From assembly GCA_963830915.1 (NCBI GenBank), contig CAWHOE010000046.1:85358-149357 (forward strand): 64,000 nucleotides of DNA. The letters run 5' to 3'. The DNA is from a candidate division FCPU426 bacterium. GTDB lineage: Bacteria; Oederibacteriota; Muellerivitia; Muellerivitales; Muellerivitaceae. Position 1 is the stretch's first letter. Each line of letters opens with the position of its first letter. Of the stretch, positions 10,359-21,185 are shown piece after piece. Below the pieces are notes generated by a model. It saw only the letters and a program-made list of their open reading frames with translations, did no database searches and was not told the DNA's origin. Position numbers and translations under genes: made by a program.

Positions 10359-10622
10359 TTAATTTGCCGCTGGGCAGGGGGCGATTCCCCCGCACCCATT
10401 GCAGTCCGGTTTCGGGCCTGCCGCTGGTTTGGCTTCCGGGACCGGATTCTTGTACTCGTTCTGGTAAAAACCCGAACCCTTCAAAACAAAACCCACGTTC
10501 GCTGAAATGAGCCTTTCCACCTTGGTCCCGCAGGTGGGACAAAGCTTTAAAGCGTCATCCTTAATGGACTGCCAAATCTCGAAAGACCCGCATTTTCCGC
10601 ATGAATACTCGTAAGTAGGCAT
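10359..10622 (-). CDS. FmdB family zinc-ribbon protein
   Basis: MPTYEYSCGKCG...CPTCG...FVLKGSGFY signature; extra C-terminal CNGC..PC. Confidence 0.92.
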   Translation of the reverse strand: MPTYEYSCGKCGSFEIWQSIKDDALKLCPTCGTKVERLISANVGFVLKGSGFYQNEYKNPVPEAKPAAGPKPDCNGCGGIAPCPAAN

Positions 10623-10667
10623 TGGTGACCTCTCCCCTAACATCCAAAACCTTCAGGAATGTACTAA

Positions 10668-10696
10668 ATAATAGGGTTATCCCGATGGGGTGTCAA
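10668..10696 (-). promoter_or_regulatory. Sigma70-type promoter upstream of the fmdB-like gene and Bat operon
   Basis: Minus strand TTGACA (10696-10691), 17-bp spacer, TATTAT (10673-10668). Confidence 0.65.
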
Positions 10697-10730
10697 CGCC
10701 ATCCCCGCCCTCGGAGGCTTAAAAACAATG

Positions 10731-10766
10731 AAAAAGCCCCCGGTAGTTTCCCGCCGGAGGCTTTTT
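10731..10766. terminator. Intrinsic terminator downstream of groEL
   Basis: AAAAAGCCCCCGG-loop-CCGGAGGCTTTTT hairpin with A/T tracts on both sides. Confidence 0.85.
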
Positions 10767-10811
10767 TAGATTCTTTGCCAAGAACTGCCAGCTGTCGGTT
10801 ACGGACTGGTT

Positions 10812-12461
<1,650 letters not shown>

Positions 12462-12503
12462 TTAACTCCTTAAGGTTTTGAAATTTCCTAAATCCATGGG
12501 TGA

Positions 12504-12794
12504 TTAAGCCTCCACGACTCCGATGACGCTTTCTTCCTTCAAGATGACGAATTCTTTCCCGTCGATCTTGATCTCCTCGCCGCCGTACTTCTCGAAAAGA
12601 ACGACGTCCCCTTCTTTCACTTCCAGCTTCAGGACCTCGCCTTTCTCATTGACCCGGCCTTTGCCGACCGAGACGACCTTCCCGCGCTGCTGCTTCTCGC
12701 GCGCCGCGTCCGGGATGATGATACCCGTCTTGGTCTTCTCTTCTTCCTCAAGCCGCTCGATCATGATCCGATCGTATAATGGGCGGAATTTCAT
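12504..12794 (-). CDS. groS: Co-chaperonin GroES
   Basis: MKFRPLYDRI...GIIIPDAAREK; AAAGGAGG RBS before ATG 12794. Confidence 0.98.
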   Translation of the reverse strand: MKFRPLYDRIMIERLEEEEKTKTGIIIPDAAREKQQRGKVVSVGKGRVNEKGEVLKLEVKEGDVVLFEKYGGEEIKIDGKEFVILKEESVIGVVEA

Positions 12795-12884
12795 TGAACA
12801 ACCTCCTTTAAAATGATCGCGGCCCCTCACGGGGTCACGATGTTGAAAAAAACATTCGTGAAATGAGCCGACTGAAAAACGAGA

Positions 12885-12911
12885 TTAGCACTCAATGCTT
12901 ATGAGTGCTAA
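12885..12911. promoter_or_regulatory. CIRCE element (HrcA operator)
   Basis: Perfect TTAGCACTC-N9-GAGTGCTAA upstream of groES. Confidence 0.97.
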
Positions 12912-12920
12912 AGCGGAGGT

Positions 12921-12949
12921 AATATAAGCATATGGTGAAGGTTGGTCAA
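12921..12949 (-). promoter_or_regulatory. Sigma70-type promoter of groESL
   Basis: Minus strand TTGACC, 17 bp, TATATT immediately upstream of CIRCE. Confidence 0.75.
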
Positions 12950-13023
12950 GGGGCGACCGAAGCCGAACCAGGGGCGAATATTGGGAAATAGCGTGAAACG
13001 GGACGATCAAAAGACCGGAACTT

Positions 13024-13296
13024 CTACTGAACGGCCTCTTTGAAGTTCTTGGCGGGCAAGAACTTGGGAGCCTTTTTGGCGGGAACCTGGATGGATTCCC
13101 CCGTTTTGGGGTTGCGGGCCAAGCGGGCTTTTTTGTCCTTCAATTTGAAAATGCCCAGGCCCGTTATATTGACTTTTTGGCCCGTTTTGATGTTTTCAAT
13201 GATGTTGTGAATGATGGCGTCCAAGGCTTTTTGAACATCGACCTTCTTGATCCCGGTCGTTTCGGAAACTTTCGCTACCAATTCATCCTTGGTCAT
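13024..13296 (-). CDS. hup: HU family DNA-binding protein
   Basis: MTKDELV..., GLGIF, ARNPKTGESIQVPAKKAPKF. Confidence 0.95.
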   Translation of the reverse strand: MTKDELVAKVSETTGIKKVDVQKALDAIIHNIIENIKTGQKVNITGLGIFKLKDKKARLARNPKTGESIQVPAKKAPKFLPAKNFKEAVQ

Positions 13297-13500
13297 CTCC
13301 GCTCCTCCCTTGAGTGAAAAGCCAAAAGCCCCATCGATGATAATATAGCTAACAATTATGATGCGGCCTTTTCCTCAAGGCAACAAAAACCCCTGATTAA
13401 ATATAGCTAATTTCCCTTCCCGAATTTAGCCTTGAAAAATAAGCGTTTTTCCGGATCCGAAAATAATATTTTTTAGGCGGGAGTTATTTGAAGAAAGGGA

Positions 13501-14376
13501 TCAGCGGTAAATTTCAGGTCTGAAGAAAAATCGCCGCTGGAGGACCTGTTTTATTTTCGGGATCAACTTTCTTGTCTCTTTTTCCCCGGTCGCGATCACT
13601 TTTTTTCCCGTGCTGAAATCGAAAAGATCGAAGGGACGCAGGTCCGGTTCAATGATCACATCCGCTTCCTCCCGCCAGAGGGTCTCCTCCACCACGAAGA
13701 AGTACCAAACCCTCATCAGGATCTGGAAAACATTGGAAGCCTTCGGGAAAACCTGGGGATGGCCGAACACATTCACCGCGATGACCACATCCGCGCCTAG
13801 ACCCTTCAGGGCCTTGACCGGGACGTTCTCGGCCATGCCCCCGTCCACCAACTGCCGCCCCCCCATCTCGACGGGCGCGTAGATCCCGGGGATGGAGCAG
13901 GAAGCCCGAACCGCCTTATTCAGGTTCCCTTTGGTGAAAACCACCTCTTCCCCCGTGCAGATATCGGTCGCCACGACCGCCAGGGGTTTCTTCAATTGCT
14001 CGAAGGCGGACACATTGAAATATTTCTGGATATATTCCTCGATGGGCTTGGAGGAAACCAACCCCTTCCGGGAGGGCCGGAAAGAGAACAACTCGCCCCA
14101 ACTGGTGTTGACGCCGATCTTTTCCATGCGGGAAAGGGGGGCGCCGGAGGCGTAACCCGCGGCGATCATGGAACCGGCGCTGGTACCGGCCAAACAATCC
14201 ACCTGGATGCCGGCCTCCTCCAGGGCCTTCAACACGCCGATCTGGGCGATCCCATTGGCCACCCCGCCGCAAAGGGCCAACCCCACCTTGTAACGCTCGG
14301 GGGAATTGGTTTTGCGAAGCTCGGCAAGCGTTTGATATTCACGCGGCTGTTTGACGATCCTTTTTCCCATATCCAT
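13501..14376 (-). CDS. Patatin-like phospholipase (RssA/NTE family)
   Basis: LALCGGVANG, GTSAG nucleophile, ASCSIPG, LVDGG. Confidence 0.92.
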   Translation of the reverse strand: MDMGKRIVKQPREYQTLAELRKTNSPERYKVGLALCGGVANGIAQIGVLKALEEAGIQVDCLAGTSAGSMIAAGYASGAPLSRMEKIGVNTSWGELFSFRPSRKGLVSSKPIEEYIQKYFNVSAFEQLKKPLAVVATDICTGEEVVFTKGNLNKAVRASCSIPGIYAPVEMGGRQLVDGGMAENVPVKALKGLGADVVIAVNVFGHPQVFPKASNVFQILMRVWYFFVVEETLWREEADVIIEPDLRPFDLFDFSTGKKVIATGEKETRKLIPKIKQVLQRRFFFRPEIYR

Positions 14377-14410
14377 ACCTCACGACCATTATACACTCAC
14401 CCGATAGGAC

Positions 14411-15190
14411 TTACTGATCGGAGAACTTGGGCTGCCTTTTCTCGATGAAGGACATGATCCCCTCCCGCATGTCCGGGGATTCACAGCATTTTCCGAAGCT
14501 TTCCAGCTCGATCGCCATTCCCTCTTCCAGTGTCGGCTTTTCCAGACCCGCCGTCATGGCGCTCATGGCCTGGGCGATGGCGGCGGCCGGTTTGGCCGCG
14601 ATTTTTTTAGCCAAACCCTGGGCTTGTCGCAAAAGTTCCGCCTCGGGCGCCACATGGTTCACCAATCCGGCCTCCAGGGCGTCCTGCGGCGATATATTAT
14701 CGCCCGTCAGTATCCACTCCATCGCCTTGGCCTTACCGACCAGCCTGGACAAACGCTGGGTCCCTCCAAAACCCGGGATGATCCCCAGATTGATCTCCGG
14801 CTGGGCCAGTTTCGCCCGGTCCGAGCAGAGGCGCAAGTGGCAGGCCATCGCCAGCTCCATCCCGCCTCCCATACAGGCGCCGTTGATCGCGGCCAGGACC
14901 GGTTTTTTCATCAGTTCGATCTTCCGGAAAAATTTCTGTCCCTCCCCCGCAGCCGTCTTACCGTCCTCCACTGACTTAATCTGGGCCATGCGTTTGATGT
15001 CCGCCCCCGCGATGAAAACCGGGCCAGTCCCGGTCAGGACGATACATTTCACGTCTTTTTGCCCATTCAGGTCGTCGAATACCGCCTCCAATTCCCGCAT
15101 CACCTCGGTCGTCAGGACATTCACCGGCGGGTTGTTGATAACGACGGTCGCGACTTTTCCATCCATGGTCACATTGATCGATTGGCCCAT
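14411..15190 (-). CDS. Enoyl-CoA hydratase (crotonase family)
   Basis: FIAGADI, AAING.CMGGGMELAMAC, QPEINLGIIPGFGGTQRL. Confidence 0.95.
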   Translation of the reverse strand: MGQSINVTMDGKVATVVINNPPVNVLTTEVMRELEAVFDDLNGQKDVKCIVLTGTGPVFIAGADIKRMAQIKSVEDGKTAAGEGQKFFRKIELMKKPVLAAINGACMGGGMELAMACHLRLCSDRAKLAQPEINLGIIPGFGGTQRLSRLVGKAKAMEWILTGDNISPQDALEAGLVNHVAPEAELLRQAQGLAKKIAAKPAAAIAQAMSAMTAGLEKPTLEEGMAIELESFGKCCESPDMREGIMSFIEKRQPKFSDQ

Positions 15191-15200
15191 TTTCCCCTCC

Positions 15201-16415
15201 TCAATAATTGAAAAATCCTTTTTTGGTCTTTTGCCCCAGATATTGGGCGGAAACCATCCTCTTCAATAAGGGCGAAGGCCAGAACCTCGGCCCCATCCGC
15301 TTCGTGAACTCCTTGAGTTTCTCCAGCACCCCATCCACCCCGATCACGTCGGCCAAATGCAAAGGCCCGCCTTTTTCCTGCGGGAACCCGGTACCCGCCA
15401 ACATGGCCAGGTCAATATCGGAGGGCGACGCCACGTTCTCTTCCAGGCAGGCGGCGGCCTCGTTGATCATGGGATATAGCAATCGTTCCGGGCTGAATCC
15501 GGATTTCACCGCGCCCCCGGCGGCTTTCTGGGCTTTCTCGGTGATCGCTTTCAGGTCCGCTTTTTTCCCCTCTTCATAGGTGTAGAACCCGACGCCTGCC
15601 TTGACCCCCAGGCATCCGGCTTTTTTCATCTCATCCAATATCTCCGCCGGCTTCATCCTGGGTCCATAGGAGTCGTAAAGGATCATGGTCACATCCGAAC
15701 AAACATCCAGGCCCAGCAGGTCCATCAGGGCGAAGGGTCCCTTGGGCAGGCCGAAGTCGAGCATGGCCTTGTCGATCTCCTCGGCCGTGGCGGAGCCGTC
15801 CTGAAGGGCGAACGCCGCCTCGTTCAGATAAGGGAGCAGGAGGCGGTTCACCAAAAATCCCGCGCATTCCCTCACCCTGACCGGGAACTTGCGGAGGGAC
15901 TCGGCGAAAGCCACCGTGTCATCCAATGTGTCACGGGAGGTCTGAAGTCCCGGGATGACCTCCACCAGTTTCATGGCGGGGGCGGGATTGAAGAAGTGCA
16001 GACCGATGACCTTATCCGACCTTTTGATCGCCGAGGCGATATGGGTAATGGAGAGGGCGGAAGTGTTGGTGGCCATGATGGCCGACTCGGGCAGGGCTTT
16101 TTCCATCTCGACAAAGACCTGCTGTTTGACCTTCATATTCTCGAAGACGGCCTCGACCGCCATATCGCAGTCCTTGAAGGCGTCCCAACTGACGCTTCCC
16201 GAGACCAGGCTCAGTTTCTGTTCCATCTCGGAGGCGGTCATCTTCCCCTTGTCCACCCGCCCCTGGTAAAGCTGCCGGACGATCTGCAGACCCTTCTGCA
16301 CCTTGGCCTCGTCCACATCCTTCAGGACGACCGGCAGTCCGGAATAAGAGATCACCTGGGCGATGCCCGCCCCCATGGCCCCAGCCCCTACCACTCCCGC
16401 TTTGTAGATGAACAT
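15201..16415 (-). CDS. 3-hydroxyacyl-CoA dehydrogenase with duplicated C-terminal domain
   Basis: GVVGAGAMGAGIA, VEAVFE, ATNTSAL, GLHFFNP, GFLVNRLL; second 'ERLLYPMINEA...DID...GFP..KGGP' C-domain. Confidence 0.93.
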   Translation of the reverse strand: MFIYKAGVVGAGAMGAGIAQVISYSGLPVVLKDVDEAKVQKGLQIVRQLYQGRVDKGKMTASEMEQKLSLVSGSVSWDAFKDCDMAVEAVFENMKVKQQVFVEMEKALPESAIMATNTSALSITHIASAIKRSDKVIGLHFFNPAPAMKLVEVIPGLQTSRDTLDDTVAFAESLRKFPVRVRECAGFLVNRLLLPYLNEAAFALQDGSATAEEIDKAMLDFGLPKGPFALMDLLGLDVCSDVTMILYDSYGPRMKPAEILDEMKKAGCLGVKAGVGFYTYEEGKKADLKAITEKAQKAAGGAVKSGFSPERLLYPMINEAAACLEENVASPSDIDLAMLAGTGFPQEKGGPLHLADVIGVDGVLEKLKEFTKRMGPRFWPSPLLKRMVSAQYLGQKTKKGFFNY

Positions 16416-16478
16416 GTCCGTCCCCCTTTAAAGTCCGCAGTCGACAGTCGACAGCTCACAGTAAAACCGTCGACTGGT

Positions 16479-17669
16479 TTACTTTCTTTCGAGCACCATC
16501 GCTCCGCCGATCCCGCCTCCCACGCACATGGAAATGACGGACAGGTTCACGTTACGTCGGGCCATTTCCCTTAACGCTGTCAGGATCATGCGGGCGCCGG
16601 TCATCCCGACCGGGTGGCCCAGGGCGATGGCTCCCCCGTTCACGTTCAATATCTCCCGGTTCATGTTCAGCGCCTTATCCACCGCCAGGACCTGGGCGGC
16701 GAAGGCCTCGTTGATCTCGATCAAGCCCATCTCTTTCAATTCCAGCCCGGCTTTTTTAAGGGCCTTCGGGATGGCCAGGGCCGGCCCAATGCCCATCCGT
16801 TCCGGTTCCACCCCGGCGAACGCGTAGGACCGGATGAACCCCAGGGGCTTGTATCCCAAGGCGTCCGCCTTCTCCTTGGACATGACCAGCATCACGCAGG
16901 CCCCGTCGTTGATGCCGCAGGAGTTGCCGGGCGTCACCGTGCCGTTTTCCTTGAAGACCGTGGGATAAGCCGCCAGGGACTGCTCGTTCAACACCGCGTT
17001 GATGCCCTCATCCTGGGAGAATGGCTCGGGGGTGACCGGCTTGCCCATGACCTTCTTGGGGACCATGACGGGGACGATCTCTTCCTTGAACTTGTTCTCC
17101 CTTTGGGCCCGAAAAGCCTTCTTATGGCTCTGGACCGCGTACTCATCCTGCTCCTTTCGGCCTATCTTGAACTCCTCCGCCAACACCTCGGCGGTCTGGC
17201 CCATCACCAGATGGCAGACCGGGTCGGTCAGGCCTTCCATCAGGCTGTCCACCATCACCGAGTCCCGCATGCGCTTGCCAAAACGCAGGTCCCGGTTGAG
17301 GAAAGGGATGCGGCTCATGGATTCGGTCCCGCCCGCCAGTTGCAGGTCCGCGTCCCCGCACTGGATGTTCTGATAGGCGCTCACCAGCGCCTGCATGCCC
17401 GAAGAGCAGTTGCGCTGGACCGTCAGCCCCGTCACTTCCTTCGGAAGCCCCGCCAGAAGGGCCGATACCCGGGCCACATTGGGGGCGTCGGAGAATTGGC
17501 CCACGCATCCCAGGATGACTTCCTCGATATCGGCCGGTTTGAGGTTGTTGCGTTTGACCAGTTCCTTGATGACCGCTGCTCCCAGGTCCTGGGCCGACAC
17601 ATCCTTCAAGGCCCCGCCCAGCACACCCATGGGCGTCCTGGCCCCGTCGACGATGACCACTTCTTTCAT
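16479..17669 (-). CDS. Acetyl-CoA C-acyltransferase (thiolase)
   Basis: QRNCSSG, EINEAFA, NGGAIALGHP, CVGGG. Confidence 0.97.
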   Translation of the reverse strand: MKEVVIVDGARTPMGVLGGALKDVSAQDLGAAVIKELVKRNNLKPADIEEVILGCVGQFSDAPNVARVSALLAGLPKEVTGLTVQRNCSSGMQALVSAYQNIQCGDADLQLAGGTESMSRIPFLNRDLRFGKRMRDSVMVDSLMEGLTDPVCHLVMGQTAEVLAEEFKIGRKEQDEYAVQSHKKAFRAQRENKFKEEIVPVMVPKKVMGKPVTPEPFSQDEGINAVLNEQSLAAYPTVFKENGTVTPGNSCGINDGACVMLVMSKEKADALGYKPLGFIRSYAFAGVEPERMGIGPALAIPKALKKAGLELKEMGLIEINEAFAAQVLAVDKALNMNREILNVNGGAIALGHPVGMTGARMILTALREMARRNVNLSVISMCVGGGIGGAMVLERK

Positions 17670-17688
17670 GTTCTCACCTCTAGGATCG

Positions 17689-19365
17689 CTATTTCCTCAG
17701 CTTCGCCTTTTCCTCATCCACCAATAGCCGCCTCAACATCTTACCCACCATGTTCTTGGGCAAGGATTCCCTGAATTCCACTTCCCTGGGCACTTTGTAC
17801 TTCGCCAGTTTCCCTTTGCAAAAATCGATCATTTCCTGGGACGTGGCGGAGACCCCGGGTTTCAGCACCACATAAGCCTTGATCTTATCCACCAGTTTCT
17901 CGTCCGGCACCCCGGCCACCACGCAATCCAGCACTTTCTCGTTCTGGAACAGCACCTCTTCCACATCGCGGGGATAGACGTTCTCGCCCCCGACCTTCAC
18001 CATGTCCTTCTTGCGGTCCACGATGGCGAAGAAACCGTCCGCGTCCATGAAACCGATGTCCCCCGTATAAAGCCATCCATCCTTCAGGACCATGGCCGTT
18101 TCTCCCGGATGGTTCCAGTACCCTTGCATCACCTGGGGCCCCTTGACCACGATCTCCCCGATCTCCCCCACGTTCATGTCCTTCAGGCCTGTTTCCGTAT
18201 CCACGATCTTGGCGTCCGTACCGGGGAACGGCACCCCGATGCACCCGATCTTGCGTTTCCCGAAGAAAGGATTGCAGTGGGTGACCGGCGAGGCCTCGGT
18301 CAGTCCGTAGCCTTCCACCAGCCTACCGCCCGTCATCGTTTCGAACTTCACTTGGACTTCCTTATGGAGAGGCCCGGCCCCCGAAAGGCAGGCCTTGATG
18401 CTTCGAAGGTCGTATTTCACCGAGCCGGGATAATTGTTGATGGCGGCGTAGATGGCCTGGACGCCGGGAAAAAGGGAGACCTTGAACTTCTGGACCGCCC
18501 GGAGCACCTGTTGCAGGTCGAATTTCGGGAGCAGGATCATTGCCCCCCCGGAGATCACGGCCCAGTTCATCCCCACGGTCATCCCGTAGCAATGGAAGAT
18601 CGGCACCGCCATCAGGAAATTCTCCTTTCCCTCCACCATGTCCGGCAGCCAGGCCCGGCATTGGTAAGCGTTGACCACCAGGTTCCGGTGGCTCAGGATG
18701 ACACCCTTGGCCACCCCCGTGGTCCCGCCCGTATATTGGAGGAGAGCGATCTCATCCATGTCCTGGGGAACCTGGACTTGGGTCTGGGAAGCGTTCCCAA
18801 GTTCCTTCACGAAGCTTTTAAAGAGCGGATCCTTGGGCCAGGTCATCCAGGTCTTGTCCTTCAGGGCTTTCAAGGGATAGAACCATTTCAGGGGGATGGA
18901 GAAGTAATCGTTGATCCTGGTCAGCCACACCTTTTTCAACCCCAGGTCCTTGGCCACCTGCCCCAGGAGGGGGGCGAATCGGTCCAGGGAGACAACATAT
19001 TTAGCCCCCGAATCCTTCAGTTGATGGGCCGTCTCATGGATGGAGTAGAGGGGGTTGAGCTGGGTCAGGATGGCTCCCGCCCTCAGGGCGCCGTAATAGG
19101 CGATGACCGCCGGGGGACAATTGGGCAGGTAAAGCGCCACCCTTTCCCCGGGCTGGATCCCCTCTTGGATCAGTAGATTGGCGAACCGATCCGCGTCCTC
19201 ATCCAATTCACGGTAGGTCATTTTGAAACCGAAATAATGGATGGCGGGAGAATCGGGAAAACGGTCGGCGATCTTTCTTAGAAGTTCGGGAAGGGTCTTA
19301 AGGGGATATTCAAACTGTTTCGGAACGCCGTCGTCATACGAAGATAGCCACGGCCTTTCCATCAT
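17689..19365 (-). CDS. fadD: Long-chain fatty acid-CoA ligase
   Basis: LQYTGGTTGVAKG, EGYGLTEASP, GWLYTGD, LPKNMVGK. Confidence 0.94.
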   Translation of the reverse strand: MMERPWLSSYDDGVPKQFEYPLKTLPELLRKIADRFPDSPAIHYFGFKMTYRELDEDADRFANLLIQEGIQPGERVALYLPNCPPAVIAYYGALRAGAILTQLNPLYSIHETAHQLKDSGAKYVVSLDRFAPLLGQVAKDLGLKKVWLTRINDYFSIPLKWFYPLKALKDKTWMTWPKDPLFKSFVKELGNASQTQVQVPQDMDEIALLQYTGGTTGVAKGVILSHRNLVVNAYQCRAWLPDMVEGKENFLMAVPIFHCYGMTVGMNWAVISGGAMILLPKFDLQQVLRAVQKFKVSLFPGVQAIYAAINNYPGSVKYDLRSIKACLSGAGPLHKEVQVKFETMTGGRLVEGYGLTEASPVTHCNPFFGKRKIGCIGVPFPGTDAKIVDTETGLKDMNVGEIGEIVVKGPQVMQGYWNHPGETAMVLKDGWLYTGDIGFMDADGFFAIVDRKKDMVKVGGENVYPRDVEEVLFQNEKVLDCVVAGVPDEKLVDKIKAYVVLKPGVSATSQEMIDFCKGKLAKYKVPREVEFRESLPKNMVGKMLRRLLVDEEKAKLRK

Positions 19366-19526
19366 GCTTCCCCTTCGGCATCGGAAATTCCAGCTTTAGC
19401 ACCAAGTTTATGCTTCCCCCCAAGCGGTGTCAAACCCGCCGGCACAAAAAGGATTCGGTCGGACGCCTGTTATTGCGGGGCCGGGATGGTAAAATCGCTC
19501 AACATGAAAAGACCCAGGACCCACCC

Positions 19527-21185
19527 TTGACCCCCCTTCTCGTCGCCATCCTGACCCGTGAGCTGAGGGAACACCTGATCCAGGGAAGGCTTTCCCATAT
19601 CTCCCAATCGTCCAATGAAACGGTGGATTTTTCCATCTATCATCCCGACCGCCCGAACCATTACTTGACCATCGCCCTGGTGCCGACCAAACCCCTGCTT
19701 TTCATCGGGTCCGAGAAACGGGGAGCCCTGCCCAAACCGCCCAATCTTTGTCGCTCTTTGCGCAAGCATCTGGAATACGCCCAGATCACCGGTATCCACT
19801 CCGTCCCGGGGGAAAGGATCATCCAATTCAACCTCAAGACCGCCGAGGGCAACTTCCGGCTGATCTTCGAGGGTATCCCCAAGTACCCCAATCTGATCCT
19901 GGTCGGGCCGGACGGCTTCATCATCAGCGCTTCCCGCTATAAGAACGAGGTGGAAAGACCGGTCCTTCCCCAGGCGGTCTATTCCCCTCCCCCCCAGCCG
20001 ATGGACAGACCCAACCTTTGGGACTTGGACCAGGCCCCCTTGAGGGAGCTCTGGGAGAAAGCCGGAAGGCCGGCCCTGGGACCCTGGCTCAAGGATCATT
20101 TCCGCGGGACCGACCCGGAGCTTTCTTCCTATATGGAGAGCCGGGGGGAGGGGATCTTCACCGAGTGGCCCCTGATAAAGGCCAAGATCCTGGGACCCGG
20201 TTGGACCGGGTTCCATTTGTTTCCCGGCCCGCCGCCCTCCCTCAAGGTCTTTCCGAGCGTCAAGGACCTGGAAAAAACCCACCAGACCTACCCCAACATC
20301 CATCCGGCTTTGGAACGCCTATTCGAGCTGGAGTTGGATTTCCGCCAGTGGTCCTTCGAGAGGCATAAGTTGGAATCGGAGATCGCCAAGGCCGTCAAGC
20401 ATGAGAAACGCATCCTGGAAAAATTGAAGAAGGACCGGGGCGAGGCCGAGCGTTCGGACCAGTACCAATGGTGGGGCGAACTGGTCATGGCCCAACTCCA
20501 CCAGATCCCCCATCATTTGAGACAGATCGATCTGGAGGATGTGGTCAGGGGCACCGGCCAAACCATCGCCATCCCGCTGGACCCGGAGATCAGTCCCCTG
20601 CTGAACGCCCAGCGGTTCTTCAAGAAGGCCCAGAAAGGCTCCCGGGGGTTGGTCCTGGTGGAAAAAAGGGAGAAGGAGATCAAGGAACGGCTGGAGGCCT
20701 TGAAGGCGGCCCAGCGGAGCCTGCCGGCCATCCAACATATCCGGGAGATCAAGAAAGCCTTCCAGGACCTGTTCCCCCGAAAGCCCGAGGCCGAACTCAA
20801 GCCCAAGAAGCCGAAGGAGGATAAGGTCGCCACCCCCAACATTCTGCGGGAAAAAGTCGATAAGCTGTTCGAGCTTTGCGCCGGGACCTCGGCCGCGGCC
20901 AACGAGTACGTCACCTTCCAGCTGGCCCAGCCTGAGGACCTGTGGTTCCATGTCCGGGACCTGCCAGGTTCCCATGTCATCCTGCGCAGGCTCCACCGCG
21001 ATATCCAACCGCCCGAGGAGCTCGTCCTTCGGGCCGCCAAACTCGCCGCCACGCACAGCAAGGCCCAGCCGGGAACTAAGGTCACCGTGAGTTACACCCA
21101 GAAGAAGAACATCAAACGCATCCCGGGCGCGCCCATGGGGATGGTCAGCATGACCAAGGAAAAAAGTTTGGTGGTTGAGATCTAA
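19527..21185 (+). CDS. rqcH: Ribosome quality-control factor RqcH / NFACT (FbpA/PavA) family
   Basis: LRKHLE, NLILV, IPLDP....LNAQRFFKKAQK coiled coil, C-terminal NFACT-R (DLWFHVRDLPGSHVIL, AATHSKA, VSYT). In-frame TTG at 19527 taken as start. Confidence 0.9.
   Translation: MTPLLVAILTRELREHLIQGRLSHISQSSNETVDFSIYHPDRPNHYLTIALVPTKPLLFIGSEKRGALPKPPNLCRSLRKHLEYAQITGIHSVPGERIIQFNLKTAEGNFRLIFEGIPKYPNLILVGPDGFIISASRYKNEVERPVLPQAVYSPPPQPMDRPNLWDLDQAPLRELWEKAGRPALGPWLKDHFRGTDPELSSYMESRGEGIFTEWPLIKAKILGPGWTGFHLFPGPPPSLKVFPSVKDLEKTHQTYPNIHPALERLFELELDFRQWSFERHKLESEIAKAVKHEKRILEKLKKDRGEAERSDQYQWWGELVMAQLHQIPHHLRQIDLEDVVRGTGQTIAIPLDPEISPLLNAQRFFKKAQKGSRGLVLVEKREKEIKERLEALKAAQRSLPAIQHIREIKKAFQDLFPRKPEAELKPKKPKEDKVATPNILREKVDKLFELCAGTSAAANEYVTFQLAQPEDLWFHVRDLPGSHVILRRLHRDIQPPEELVLRAAKLAATHSKAQPGTKVTVSYTQKKNIKRIPGAPMGMVSMTKEKSLVVEI

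Noticed and set aside
20319..21181. C-terminal half of the 594-aa minus-strand ORF
   Set aside because: Antisense to rqcH; arises from a 1-nt frameshift just before the natural stop at 21182.
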